DNA from: Mobula birostris
Lineage: Eukaryota
DNA: 64,000 nt
Direction of reading: 5' to 3'
Assembly: GCF_030028105.1 (NCBI RefSeq)
Contig: NC_092383.1
Span: 87,873,921 to 87,937,920, forward strand
In this document: one piece after another, positions 12,571 to 23,371 of the stretch
How the letters are laid out: the number at the start of each line of letters is the position of its first letter
How positions within the stretch are numbered: position 1 is the first letter of the stretch
Notes under the pieces: model-generated
Databases searched by the model: none
Told to the model about the DNA's origin: nothing
What the model saw: the letters and a program-made list of their open reading frames with translations, nothing else
Made by a program: the position numbers and the translations under genes

Positions 12571-15500
12571 TTTTGCTCTAAAAAGTGCGTAGAATGGGGG
12601 CTGTCGGCGACGCTGGTGGAGGTAGGATATGATGGGGTCTTTTCACAGACACCTGGGCAGATATATGGAGCTCCGAAAAATAAAGGGCTGTGGGTAACCC
12701 TAGGTAATTTGTCAGGTAACATGTTGAGCACAGCTTTGTGGGCCGAAGGGCCTGTATTATGCTGCAGCTTTTCTCTATTTCTATGTTTCTTTGTTTATCT
12801 ATCAACAATGACCTCATTAGCCAGGACATGCACTCTTTTCATTGCTACCATCAAGGAGAAGATACAGAAGCCTGTAGACTTACACTCAACGTTGCAGGAA
12901 CGGCTGCAGCTATCACATTTCTGAGTGTACTATCAATCCATGATCACTACCTCATTATTTTCTTCCAATCTTTTTGCACTAGTTATCAGGTCAGACAGCA
13001 TCTATGGAAATGAGCAAACAGTCAATGTTTCAGGTCGAGACGCTTCATCAGGAATGGAAAGCAAGGGGGAAATGATAGAATAAAAAGGTGTGTGGAGAGC
13101 GAAGATATCTAGAAGCGATAGGTGAAGCAAGGTGGGCGGGAAAGGTAAAGGGCTGGAGACGAAGAAATCTGATAGGACAGGAGAGTGGACCATAGGAGAA
13201 CGGGAAGGAAGAAGGGCACCTGTGGGTGGTGATCAGCAGATGACAAGAGATAAAAGGTCAGAGTAGGGAATAGAAGAAGAGGGAAGGGTAAGGGATTTTT
13301 TTACTTGAAGGAGAAATCGATATTCATGCCATCAAGTTGGAGACTACCCTATTCCGCCATCTTTTTGGGTTCTTCTTCCCATAACACTTTTCCTTTTCCG
13401 GATGACCCTTTTTTTCAGCTATCTATCATCCCTTACAAATATTCAATATATAATAATATGTATTGGTGTTTCTTTTTTATTATTATTTCAGAAAATATAA
13501 TACAAAGATATTTTATTTTACTGTATCTGTTAAATTTTTGACTTTTTTGTTGTTATAGGGTAGTTTTTCTTTTGTTTTGAATCTTAGATGCTCTTCTTAC
13601 CAACATATATTTTGTGTGCTGACTTCTTGAGAAATGGGGGTAGATTTAGTGCTAGTTAGCTTTCTGGCTTTTTCTTGGCTTAGTTTGGGGTTTTTCTGGG
13701 GGGTGGGCGGGGGGGACTTTTACTATTAGTTTGCTTTTTTTCAATTGGGCTAATCTAGAACTACAAAAATGTCTGCAGTGCTGTAACTTCCGTTGCTTTC
13801 TCAAATGCTGGTTCCTCTTCCTATTTCATGAGTTTATACTTTGGTTAATTCTTTAAATACCAAAAGCTTGATTCTTGATAAATATGGCTCAGAGGATTAA
13901 TTTTGTTTCTTGGAATACTAATGGATAAATCATCCGATTAAAAGGAAAAAGATCTTTGAAGTATTCCAAAGAATGAATGCTCATATTATTTTTGCCCATG
14001 AAACTCATGTGAAGAAAGAAGATAATCAGCACTTTTTTAAGTTTTGGAAGGAACACCAGTATCATTCAAACTCCACAGCTGAAGTGAAAGGAGTTTCAAT
14101 TTTTATAGATTCCTCAATTGCTTTTGTACATCAGGATACTTTCTCTGACCCAAGTGGTAGATTTTTGTTAATCACTGGTTTACTTTTTAGTAGAAAAGTT
14201 GTTATGGTTAATGCTTATGCTCCAAATGTGGATTATTCAGAATTTTTAAGCAATTATTTACCTCCTTTCCTAATTTAAATGATTATATGTTGATAATGAG
14301 TGGTGATTTTAATTGTTGTTTAAATCCTTCAATGGATAAATCTATATCTACTCAGGCTTTACCGAACAATTCACCTACTATCATCAACTCGTTCCTGATC
14401 GATTCTGGAATCTCAGAGATCTGGAGATTTCTACATCCTAAGGATAAAGAATTTCCATTTTTCTCACATGTACATCATACTTATTCTAGGATTGAATATT
14501 CTTTATAGACTCTCGTTTAATTCCATCTGTGATTGATTGTAGCTACGACACTATTGCTATTTCTGATCACACACCTTTGAATCTCTCTATCAAGTTAACG
14601 GACATGCCCTCTAATGCTAGACAATGGCGTTTTAATTCTACTTTGCTTCAATATTCGGATTTTGTAAAATTTATTAAAGATAAGATTGATTTCTTTTTTT
14701 TAACTAATGTTATGGATGAAATTCCCAGAGGGGTTATATGGGACACATTTAAAGCATATATCCGTGGTCAGATTATTTCTTACTCTGCTGGATTTGTGAA
14801 AACATGTTAAGAATGAAATACTTGTGTTGATTGATAAGATCAAAGATATTGATTAAAAATATGCCATTGCTCCCAATGAGGAGCTTTAGAAACAAAGAGT
14901 TGAACTTCAAATGGAGCATAGTTTACTCTTAACATCATCAATTGAAAACCCACTAATGAAAACAAGAAGTGAAATTTATATACACAGTGATAAATCTGGT
15001 AAATTATTAGCTAATCAATTAAACACAGCTTCAGTCAAACGTCAAATTATTAAAATTTGTAAACCTGATGATACTTTGACAGTCGATCATGACGAGATAA
15101 ATAAATCTTTTCAAGAATTTTAAACATCTCTATATCAGTCAGAATTTCCTCAAGATCCCAATCTGATGTATGACTTTTTAAGGAAATTGAACTTTCCAAA
15201 ATTGACGTCCGAAGAACGTTTAAAATTAGAAATACCTATTACGGACGAAGAAATAAAGAGTGCTATTTCTTCAATGAATTCTGGTAAATCACCCAGTCCA
15301 GATGGTAATACAGTAGAATTTTTTAAGTCTTTTTCTTCCATTCTTTCCCCTTGGTTGTGCAGAATTTTTAGCGATGCAACTAGTATTGGTAAACTACCAC
15401 AATCATTTTATAGAGCCTCTATTGCCCTAATTTTAGAAAAAAAAATAAGGATCCTACTGATTGTGCATCATATAGACCGATATCCTTGCTGAACGTAGAT

Positions 15501-17760
15501 TCTAAGATTTTTTCTAAAATATTAGCATCTAGGTTAGAAAAGGTATGACCTTTAATTATTTCTGAGGATCAAACTGGATTTATTAAAAATCGTTATTTAT
15601 CTTTTAATATTAGGAGATTAATGAATATTGTTTACACTCCTTCCCTTAGAACTCCAGAATGTGTTATTTCATTAGATGCTGAGAAAGCTTTTGACAGAGT
15701 TGAATGGCCATATTTATTCAGTACGCTTGAGATGCTTAACTTCAGTCCAATATTTATATCTTGGATTAAACTGATATATTATACTCCTTTAGCTTCGGTT
15801 TTTACTAATAATCAAAGATCTCCCTTCTTTTTGATTATTTCGTGGTACTAGACAGGGTTGTCCTTTAAGTCCTTTATTATTTGATATTGCTGTAGAGCCT
15901 CCAGCAATTGCGATCCAAGATTCACCAAATATTTTAGGTATTATCGTGGGAATGAGATACATAAGTTATCATCATACACAGACGATTTATTACTATATAT
16001 TTCTGACCCAGAGAAATCCATTCCTGCAACTTTATCTTTGTTGGCTAAGTTTAGCAAATTCTCTGGCTACAAACTGAATCTTAATAAGAGTGAATTTTTT
16101 CCGTTAAACATGCAGGTCCCAAATTATAAAACCTCACCATTTAGATTAGTTACTGATTATTTCACTTACTTGGGAGTTAAAATCAACAAGAAGAATAAGG
16201 ATTTATTTAAGGCTAGTTTTTTTCCTTTATTTGATCAGATTAAATGTTTGTTTACTAAATGGTCATGAATGACGTTGTTTTTAATTGGTCGAATCAACGC
16301 TGTTAAGATGATGATTCTACCTAAGTTTCTATATTTATTTCAAGCATTGCTTATTCTTATTCCAAAATCCTTTTTTGATAATGTTGATTCAAAAATTTCT
16401 TCATACATCTGGCAGAATAAAAATCCTAGACTAGGTAACAGATACTTACAGAAGCCCAAAAAGGAGGGTGGTTTAGCATTGCCGAACTTTAGATTTTATT
16501 ATTGGGCAATCAATATTCATTATTTAAAATTTTGGACATGGAATTGGGACACAGTTTCAAGTCCACAATGGGTTAATCTTGAAAGTTAATCTGTTTCAGG
16601 GTTTTCATTAGGTTCTATTTTAGAGACTCTGCTTCCCTTTGATTTCTCTAAATTGGACAAACATATGGATAACCCAATAGTTAAATATACTCTTCGAATA
16701 TGGTTTCAGTTTCAAAAATTTTTTGGATTGAATCAATTTATTTTAGCAAGCCCTATTCTATTCAATTTTTTCTTTCAACCCTCTTTTTTAGATCAAGCCT
16801 ATCTAATCTGGAAAACTAGAGGTATAATGCATTTTTCTGATTTATTTTTGGATAATTGTTTTAAGTCTTTTGAACAATTATCTAATAAATATAATTTACC
16901 TAGATCCCATTTCTTTAGATACTTACAGATTAGAAACTTTTTAAATACTGTTCTTAGCACATTTCTGATTCCATATTCATCAGATATAATGGAAAGAATT
17001 CTAGATTCAAATCCTTTTCAGAAAGGTTTAATAGCAATTATTTATAATATGATTATGAAAATCAGATGTATCGAATTCAATTAAGGACAACTGGGAAAGG
17101 GAACTTTAGCTTACTTTACCTATAGAGAAATAGCAAAAATTTTTTCAGTTAGTTAATTCTTCTTCTATAAGCGCTAAACATGCGTTGATACAGTTTAAAT
17201 AGTACACAGGGCTCATATGTCCAAGGATAAATTAGCTCGTTAATATTCTCATATAAACCCTGTATGTGATAGATGTCACTCTGAGATAGCTTCTTTAACT
17301 CATATGTTTTGGTCATGCCCTTTGCTGAAGAAATACTGGGACGATATCTTTGATATTATTCCAACTGTTTTGAATATTGATTTACAACCTCATCCTATCA
17401 CTGCAATCTTTGGTTTACCAATGATAGAACAACACCATCTGACCCCCTCAGCTTGTCAGATGTTTGCTTTTGTTACACTAATGACTAGAAGATCCATATT
17501 ATTGAATTAGAAAGAGATTAATCCTCCTACTACATTTTAATGGTTTTCTCAAACTACGTCTTGCTTAAATTTAGAAAAAAAAAATAGAAGCGTTATTTAT
17601 GACCCTTCTATTAAATTTGAAGAGATTGGGAGACCATTTATTCGATATTTTCATGTAATGTAATTTGACCCTTCCCAATTCTATTTTGTTACTCTATATT
17701 CGGGGAGAGGAGTGGAGTTAACGACACTGATGGTCTTATCTGAGGTATCATAATAGCCCA

Positions 17761-17987
17761 CACATCAAAGCTGCTGGTGAACGCAGCAGGCCAGGCAGCA
17801 TCTCTAGGAAGAGGTACAGTCGACGTTTCAGGCTGAGACCCTTCGTCAGGACTCCTGACGAAGGGCCTTGGCCTGAAACGTCGACTGTACCTCTTCCTAC
17901 AGATGCTGCCTGGCCTGCTGCGTTCACCAGCAACTTTGATGTGCGTTGCTTGAATTTCCAGCATCTGCAGAATTCCTGTTGTTTGCA
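17761..17987. mobile_element. Palindromic Penelope-terminus mini-element with a 15-bp TSD
   Basis: About 91-bp inverted arms centred on 17852; TSD tatcataatagccca at 17746-17760 and 17988-18002. Confidence 0.9.
17822..17890. ncRNA. Two back-to-back minimal hammerhead-ribozyme-like motifs, one per strand
   Basis: The - strand reads AGUC-CUGACGA-AGGGUCUCAGCCU-GAAAC-GUC-GACU; the + strand reads CUGACGA-AGGGCCUUGGCCU-GAAAC-GUC-GACU. The CUGANGA/GAAA core, GUC site and palindromic ACGU helix III resemble Penelope minimal type-I hammerheads. Activity is not shown. Confidence 0.55.
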
Positions 17988-19309
17988 TATCATAATAGCC
18001 CATCTTTAGCTTTTTTTTCCTTTAGTTTAGTTTTCTTTTAATCGGGTTAGATTTTTTTTTAAGGGTATAATGTTTTTTTCTTTTTTTCTTTTTTCATGGT
18101 ATTTTTATATTTTCACCTTTGATTTCCTATATCATATTTGTACTTGTTGAGATTTTGGGAGGCTCATCAATTATGTAGCAATTGAGCTCATACTTGTATA
18201 AACTATTTATCTATAATGTAATTTCAATTTCTCTGTATCTATTTTTTTTGTAATGTTTATGATGCTGAAATTAATAAAAAGATTGAAAAAGAAAAGTTGG
18301 AGGCTACCCAAACAGAATATCGCACATTGCTCCTCACGTTGATGAGTGTGGACTCATCGTGCGGAACAGGAATGAGAATCGGCATTAAAGACTCGGCCAC
18401 CAGGAAGTTCCTTCTTTGGCAGATGGAGCAGAGCTGCTCGACACAGGCATTCCCCAGTTTACAATGGGTCTCCCCAATGTAGAGGGGAGCCACAGTGGGA
18501 GCACCAGATACAATGGACATCCCAACAGATTCACAGGTGAAACATTGCCTCACCTGGAAGGTCACCTTGGGGCCCTGAATGGAGCCAAGTGGGCAGGTAT
18601 AGCCTTTGACCACTTGCAAGGATAACAGCTGGGAGGGAGACTAGTGGGAAGGAATGAGGAGACAAGGGAATCATGGAAGGAGTGATTCCTGTAGAAAGCA
18701 GAGGATATCAGGCAGGTAAAAATGGGTTTAGTTGTAGGATCCCTTTGGAGATGAAAGAAGTCTGAGAGAATAATGTGTTGCACGCGGAGACTCATGGGCT
18801 GAGGATAAGAGGAACTCTATTGCTGTTAAGGCAGCAGGAAGATGGGATGGGTGTGGATGTCTGGCAAACAGAGAAGATGCAGGTGATGGCAGTGTCAATG
18901 GTGGAGGAAGGGAACCACCTTTCTTTGAAGAAGGGAGACATCTCTAATGTCCTTGAAAGGAAAGCAGCATCCTGGGAATAGATGCAGTGGAACTGAGAAA
19001 AGGGAATTGTACTTTTACAGGAGACAGAGTGGGACCTAGTAGACTCTTATCTCCAGCTTCGCTGTTCCACTTTGATTAATTTCTGGAGTTACAAAATATA
19101 GCAGTAGTGACAAGGAAGTTTTAAAATTAACCTAAGACGACTACCCACCTGTTGAAGTGGAGTCTTGGTTTGCCAAAGGGGTTCGGCTCGAAGCGTCGAC
19201 TGTACATGTTTCCATAGATGCTGCCTGGCCTACTGAGTTCCTCCCGCATTTTGTGTGTGTTGCCTGGATTTCCACCTTCTGAAGATTCTCTCTTGTTTGT
19301 GAAAGGGAG

Positions 19310-21020
19310 TCCATTTCAGCTCTTTGGCTGAATTGGAGAAGTTGTCAGAGCATTGTCAGTTCAGTATTGGGTTTAAAGATGCAATAGTAGATTGCTTAGT
19401 TTGTGGAATCTTATGAGAAACCATTCACAAATGGCTCCTAACTGAAGCACAATGCAAATTTAAAAGAGCAGTTCAAATTGCTGTATCAATGGAAACAGTC
19501 CAACGATTGCAGGCTGTTGATGAAAATCTGAGAATGATAATAATGACACAGGGCTGAGTAGCCTTGGGATTTACAATATGAACACGAAAAGGACACCAGC
19601 AAATATGGCTTACACTAGAAGTGCATGGCAAATTCAATAAAATGGATTTGGACACTGGTTTGCCTGTTTCAATCACTCCACAAAACGTGTTTGAACGGCA
19701 TTTCAAACATACTGAAATGATGCCTGCAGATATCCAACAAAGAACTTGTGCTGGAGAAAAGATAACTCCTGTGGGAATGATATTCGTAACAGTGAAATAC
19801 AACAACAAGCAAGCCACGTTGGGTTCGTATTTGGTTAAGAACAGGAATGCCAGTATTGCAGGTCCTGATTGGCTGAGACAAACAAAACTTGATTGGAGAT
19901 CCATCAACCATTTGCATATAGTCAACTTAAAACAAATGAAGAAAGATACCAAATGATGCCACAGCAGTGGTCAAGGTTGGCATTGGAAAAATCAAACATA
20001 TCAAGGGTACAAGGGTACATGTTAAATGAACATGCCACACCCCAGTTTTACAAAGTCCATTTGGTTCATTATATTCTGTGATAAAGATGTCGGTGAGCTA
20101 GATTGCATGGGGAGCTGAAGGAATTTTCACAAGGCTGAGTGGAGCCCATGGACATTATCAGTGGTCCAAGTAGCCAAGAAGGATGAGTCTGTCAGGATCT
20201 GTGGTGATTTAAAGGTCACCATCAACACAGTATTGAAAGTAGATCAATACATTTTGCCTAGGACAGGGGATACCTTTGCAAACCTTTCCAGAGGAAACAG
20301 TTTGGCATTGTGGACTTAGCTGTGGTACCCTACAGAAGGAGATGGAATAAGAGTCCAAAGTGTTCCTCACCATAAACACTCACAAAGGTCTTTATTGCGA
20401 TCACGGACTTGTTTTTAAAGTAGCATCTCCACATGCAGTGTTACCTGGGTGACATCATTGTTACCAAGGAGAACACGGAACATCTTTAAAATTCCAAAAA
20501 AAACTGTTAAAATAGCTATGGGCTTACAGCACTATATGGCAAGTGTGATTTCTTTAAATCAAACATTACTTATTGTGGTCACAGTACTGATGCACAAAGA
20601 TTACACAAGTGTACCAAGAAAAGTCAAGCAGTGGTGGATACCCCAGGCCAAAGGACCTGTCAGAGCTGTGGTCCTTTTCAGGATTTTTCAGTTACTATGA
20701 CATGTTCCTGCCAAACCTGGCTGCCCTGATGGTTTGAACTCATTACTACAGATTGGGAAGAAATGGCAATGGACAAAGCAGTGTGAGGTAGCTTTCCAAA
20801 AGGCAAAGGAAATGGTGAAGTTAGACACTGCTCACACATTACAATCCACATTATCCAGTGAAACTTGCTTGAAATGCCTGGCCTTATGGTGGATGTGTAG
20901 TCTTGTCACATTAAGTAAACGCCCCATAGCCCTTGCATCATATTTCCTAACTGATGCAGAAAAAAACGCGCACAGATTGACAGAGAGATCTTGAGCGTGG
21001 TTTCAGATGTAAAATGATTC
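19310..21020 (+). mobile_element. Gypsy/Ty3 LTR retrotransposon gag-pol remnant
   Basis: Protease DTGLPVSITP, RT CGDLKVTINTVLKVDQYILP, and RNase H remnants; heavily frameshifted. Confidence 0.8.
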
Positions 21021-21370
21021 TTTCCTGTAATATCCATGGACTCTTATCTTGTTTAGCAGCTTTATGTGTGGCTTTCTGAAGTAACAGCATCCACTGATTC
21101 TCCTTTATCTACCCTGCCTGTTACTTCCTCAAATAATTCAGACAGACTTATCTGGCAAGATATCCTCTTAAGGAAATCATGCAGAATCTGCCTATTTTTT
21201 TCTTCCAGTTTCTTATCTGCCACACTACTGCTCCCACATCACTATCCCACCCACACTCCCCACCCCCCGGCACCCGCCATACACGACTACATTAAACTGA
21301 GTAGTAAGTCGCAAAATTAAGCATCTGAGCCAGTCTTGGAAGTGTGTGGGTCTTGGTAAGAGGAGCTTAT

Positions 21371-21444
21371 TGTGTGTGTGTGTGTGTGTCTGTGTGTGTG
21401 TGTGTGCGTCTGTGTGTGTCTGTGTCTGTGTCTGTGTGTGTGTG
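21371..21444. repeat. (TG)n / (TGTGTC)n microsatellite
   Basis: Directly visible; forms the tail of the minus-strand SINE. Confidence 0.95.
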
Positions 21445-21715
21445 CACGCGCCCTTAACTTTTGGTGGTCGTCGGGTCACAGTCACGACAAGCTTTCGCAC
21501 CGATTTTTTTGGTGATCGCTCATTGTACGGCTTGTCTTCAGCATCTGAAACCTGGCGGAGACAATCCCTCTCCAAGTTTTTTTTTAACGAGGTCGAGTTG
21601 CTAGCTCGACACTCAACCCAGGCACGGATGGAGAGCGTGCAAGGGAGCCGGCCGGATTCGAACTCGGGACCTCTCACCCTGAAATCCAGCGTTGATGCCA
21701 CTACGACCAGCCGGC
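21445..21715 (-). mobile_element. tRNA-derived SINE with intact pol III boxes
   Basis: The reverse complement begins gccggctggtcgtagtggc (A box)...gagttcgaatcc (B box); (AC)n tail. Confidence 0.8.
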
Positions 21716-21816
21716 GTTTGTTATAATACTCTCCTGATTGGTGCGTTGTTCATGCTGGATCAGCTGACAGTGACAGGGAATCAATTTCACTCAGCACATT
21801 TGGGTTAAAACTGAGA

Positions 21817-22009
21817 GAGGAACTGGTTTTTTTGACTACTGCCTGAAAAAGGAAGTGACTAACTCAAACAGAACTCAGACACCCAACCCACTCGACACAG
21901 CTGGAACAGGGGGTGGTGCAGGGTGAATCTACCCACCAGAAAAGGCAGAGAACTACAGGAACAATTCCTGTGTAGGTTCTTACCTCTGTTGACATTTCAT
22001 CAGATAAAT
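21817..22009 (+). pseudogene. Degenerate duplicate of promoter + exon 1
   Basis: Colinear matches to 23186-23377 (gaggaact..., ggaagtgact/caactca, tgcagggtgaa, caccagaaa, ctctgttg...tcag). The ATG is lost, there is an in-frame TAG, and the donor is changed from gtaaat to ataaat at 22004. Confidence 0.75.
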
Positions 22010-22609
22010 AGTTTTTTTTTAATGTCCTTTGCGATTAATAACATGTAACTTCAAGAGTTCTTTATCAGTTTAGTGGATTCAAGTCTAAACCTCAATGTTG
22101 CTCCCTTCACTGGGTGTTAAAGAAAAGAAAAGCCGTTCACAGCTTTGCAAATTCCTGATACTGCAGTATCTTCCTTCCATCACTGATGTAGGAACAGAAC
22201 ATTAGCAGCAAAGCAAGTTTATGAAACAGCAAACTCCCACGAACAGCAATGAGATGATGACAACACAGCCTACCTTCTTTCCATTGCTTAAAGGGATTGT
22301 TTTTTTTTTGCCCAAGAACATGGAATTTCTTCTCTTTTCTGCAAGAAGTATTGTTGGATGAATCCCCTCATGGACTTGACAAATCACGCAGTGGTCAGGC
22401 TGAAAGTCTCAATGATGCGGCAGACCTTAATCTGGGATGGAAATAAGAGTCGGAAATTACAGTGAACAGTAAGGCCCTGGGTAGGGTTATAGAACTCAGG
22501 GACTGAGGAGTACAAGAGCTTGGTTTCTTGAGAGTAACATCACAAATAGACTGTGTGGTGAGAAAGGCTCTTGGTACACTGCCCTTCCTCACCCCAGTCA
22601 GGGAGGAGG

Positions 22610-22830
22610 GAAGGGGAACGTCGACTCAGACCATGAGAGGCCTGTGTCGGGCATTTTCATGCCTTACAAGGCACAGATTGGAAGTCTGTGTGGGGTGCCT
22701 CTCCTCGCACAGACATTTGAGCAGTGTGTGATTAAGTGTCCTGCTCAAGGACACAAACACATTGCCACAGCTGAGGCTCGAACCAGCGACCTTGAGATCA
22801 CTAGACGAATGCCTTAACCACCTGGCCACA
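22610..22830 (-). mobile_element. CORE-type tRNA-derived SINE
   Basis: RC: gtggccaggtggttaagg (A box)...ggttcgagcc (B box)...gtgtccttgagcaggacacttaatc (CORE-like). Confidence 0.75.
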
Positions 22831-22834
22831 GAAT

Positions 22835-23150
22835 AAGTATCGAATTTGGGATGTTATGCTGTGGATAAACGAGATACTGGCAAGGACACATTTGGAATAT
22901 TGTGTTCCATTTTGATAATCCTGCTACAGGAAAGATAACATTAAGTTGAAAAGATTTACAGAGAGAGGTTGAGCTGACTGGGGTTTCTCTTACTGGACCG
23001 TAGTCAAATAAGGAAGATTTTACAGAGGTATATAAAACTGAGATTTGTAGGTTGGATGAATGCAGTTGGGATTGAGGAACTAGAGGATGAAAGAGCAGAG
23101 ATGTAATCGGCATTAACTTTGGGCGAGTCAGGAAGTGAGTCACCAAACCG
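22835..23150 (+). mobile_element. Decayed CR1 3' fragment abutting the promoter
   Basis: Degenerate ...gtgttccatttt...tacaggaaagat...acagaggtatataaaa matching CR1 ORF2 3' ends elsewhere in the window. Confidence 0.6.
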
Positions 23151-23181
23151 TTCATATACCACAGCTGATGTGTTTTACTTC

Positions 23182-23227
23182 AAAAGAGGAACTAGTTTCT
23201 TTGGGATATCTGAATAAGGAAGTGACC
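23182..23227 (+). promoter_or_regulatory. Putative TATA-less myeloid/lymphoid promoter with PU.1/Spi and ETS motifs
   Basis: aaaagaggaact (23182-23193) and aaggaagtg (23216-23224) lie 50-90 nt upstream of the ATG; both motifs are retained in the upstream duplicate. Confidence 0.55.
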
Positions 23228-23274
23228 AACTCAGACACAGTACAGGGAGCTGATCAGATTGACACTGCTGAAAT

Positions 23275-23371
23275 ATGGAGTTGCTGCAGGGTGAACTCAC
23301 ACACCAGAAACGGTCCAGGATTGTGGAATCTATTACCTTGCTGTTTCTCATCTCTGTTGGTCTCATATCAG
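23275..23371 (+). CDS. Exon 1 (leader): MELLQGELTHQKRSRIVESITLLFLISVGLIS-G
   Basis: ATG at 23275 (aatATGg), hydrophobic stretch ITLLFLISVGLIS, donor tcag|gtaaat in phase 1, which matches the V-exon acceptor; ETS-type sites lie just upstream. Confidence 0.8.

Larger units (their letters stand above)
13350..18293 (+). mobile_element. L1/Tx1-clade LINE, 5'-truncated, ORF2 fragmented (APE-EN + RT + C-terminal Cys motif)
   Basis: ORF2 from ATG 13884 (MAQRINFVSWN...), [38 protein letters not shown]; AATAAA at 18273 and an A-rich tail; 16-bp TSD aagttggag(a/g)ctaccc at 13334-13349 and 18294-18309. Confidence 0.93.
12990..19050 (-). mobile_element. Penelope-like retroelement remnant (GIY-YIG endonuclease + terminal repeat), split by an L1 insertion
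   Basis: Minus-strand FQVRQCFTCES...LYIGETHCKLG (18300-18620) is the Penelope GIY-YIG. It continues across the L1 into 13349-12990, which holds the pyrimidine tract and cctgatgaagcgtctcgacctgaaacattgac. Confidence 0.8.

Noticed and set aside
21640-21715. tRNA gene
   Set aside because: The tRNA-like head continues into a SINE body and microsatellite tail, and the cloverleaf is imperfect.
21225-21726. Overlapping 158-aa and 126-aa ORFs with TH/VC repeats
   Set aside because: Translation artefacts of the (TG)n microsatellite plus the SINE.
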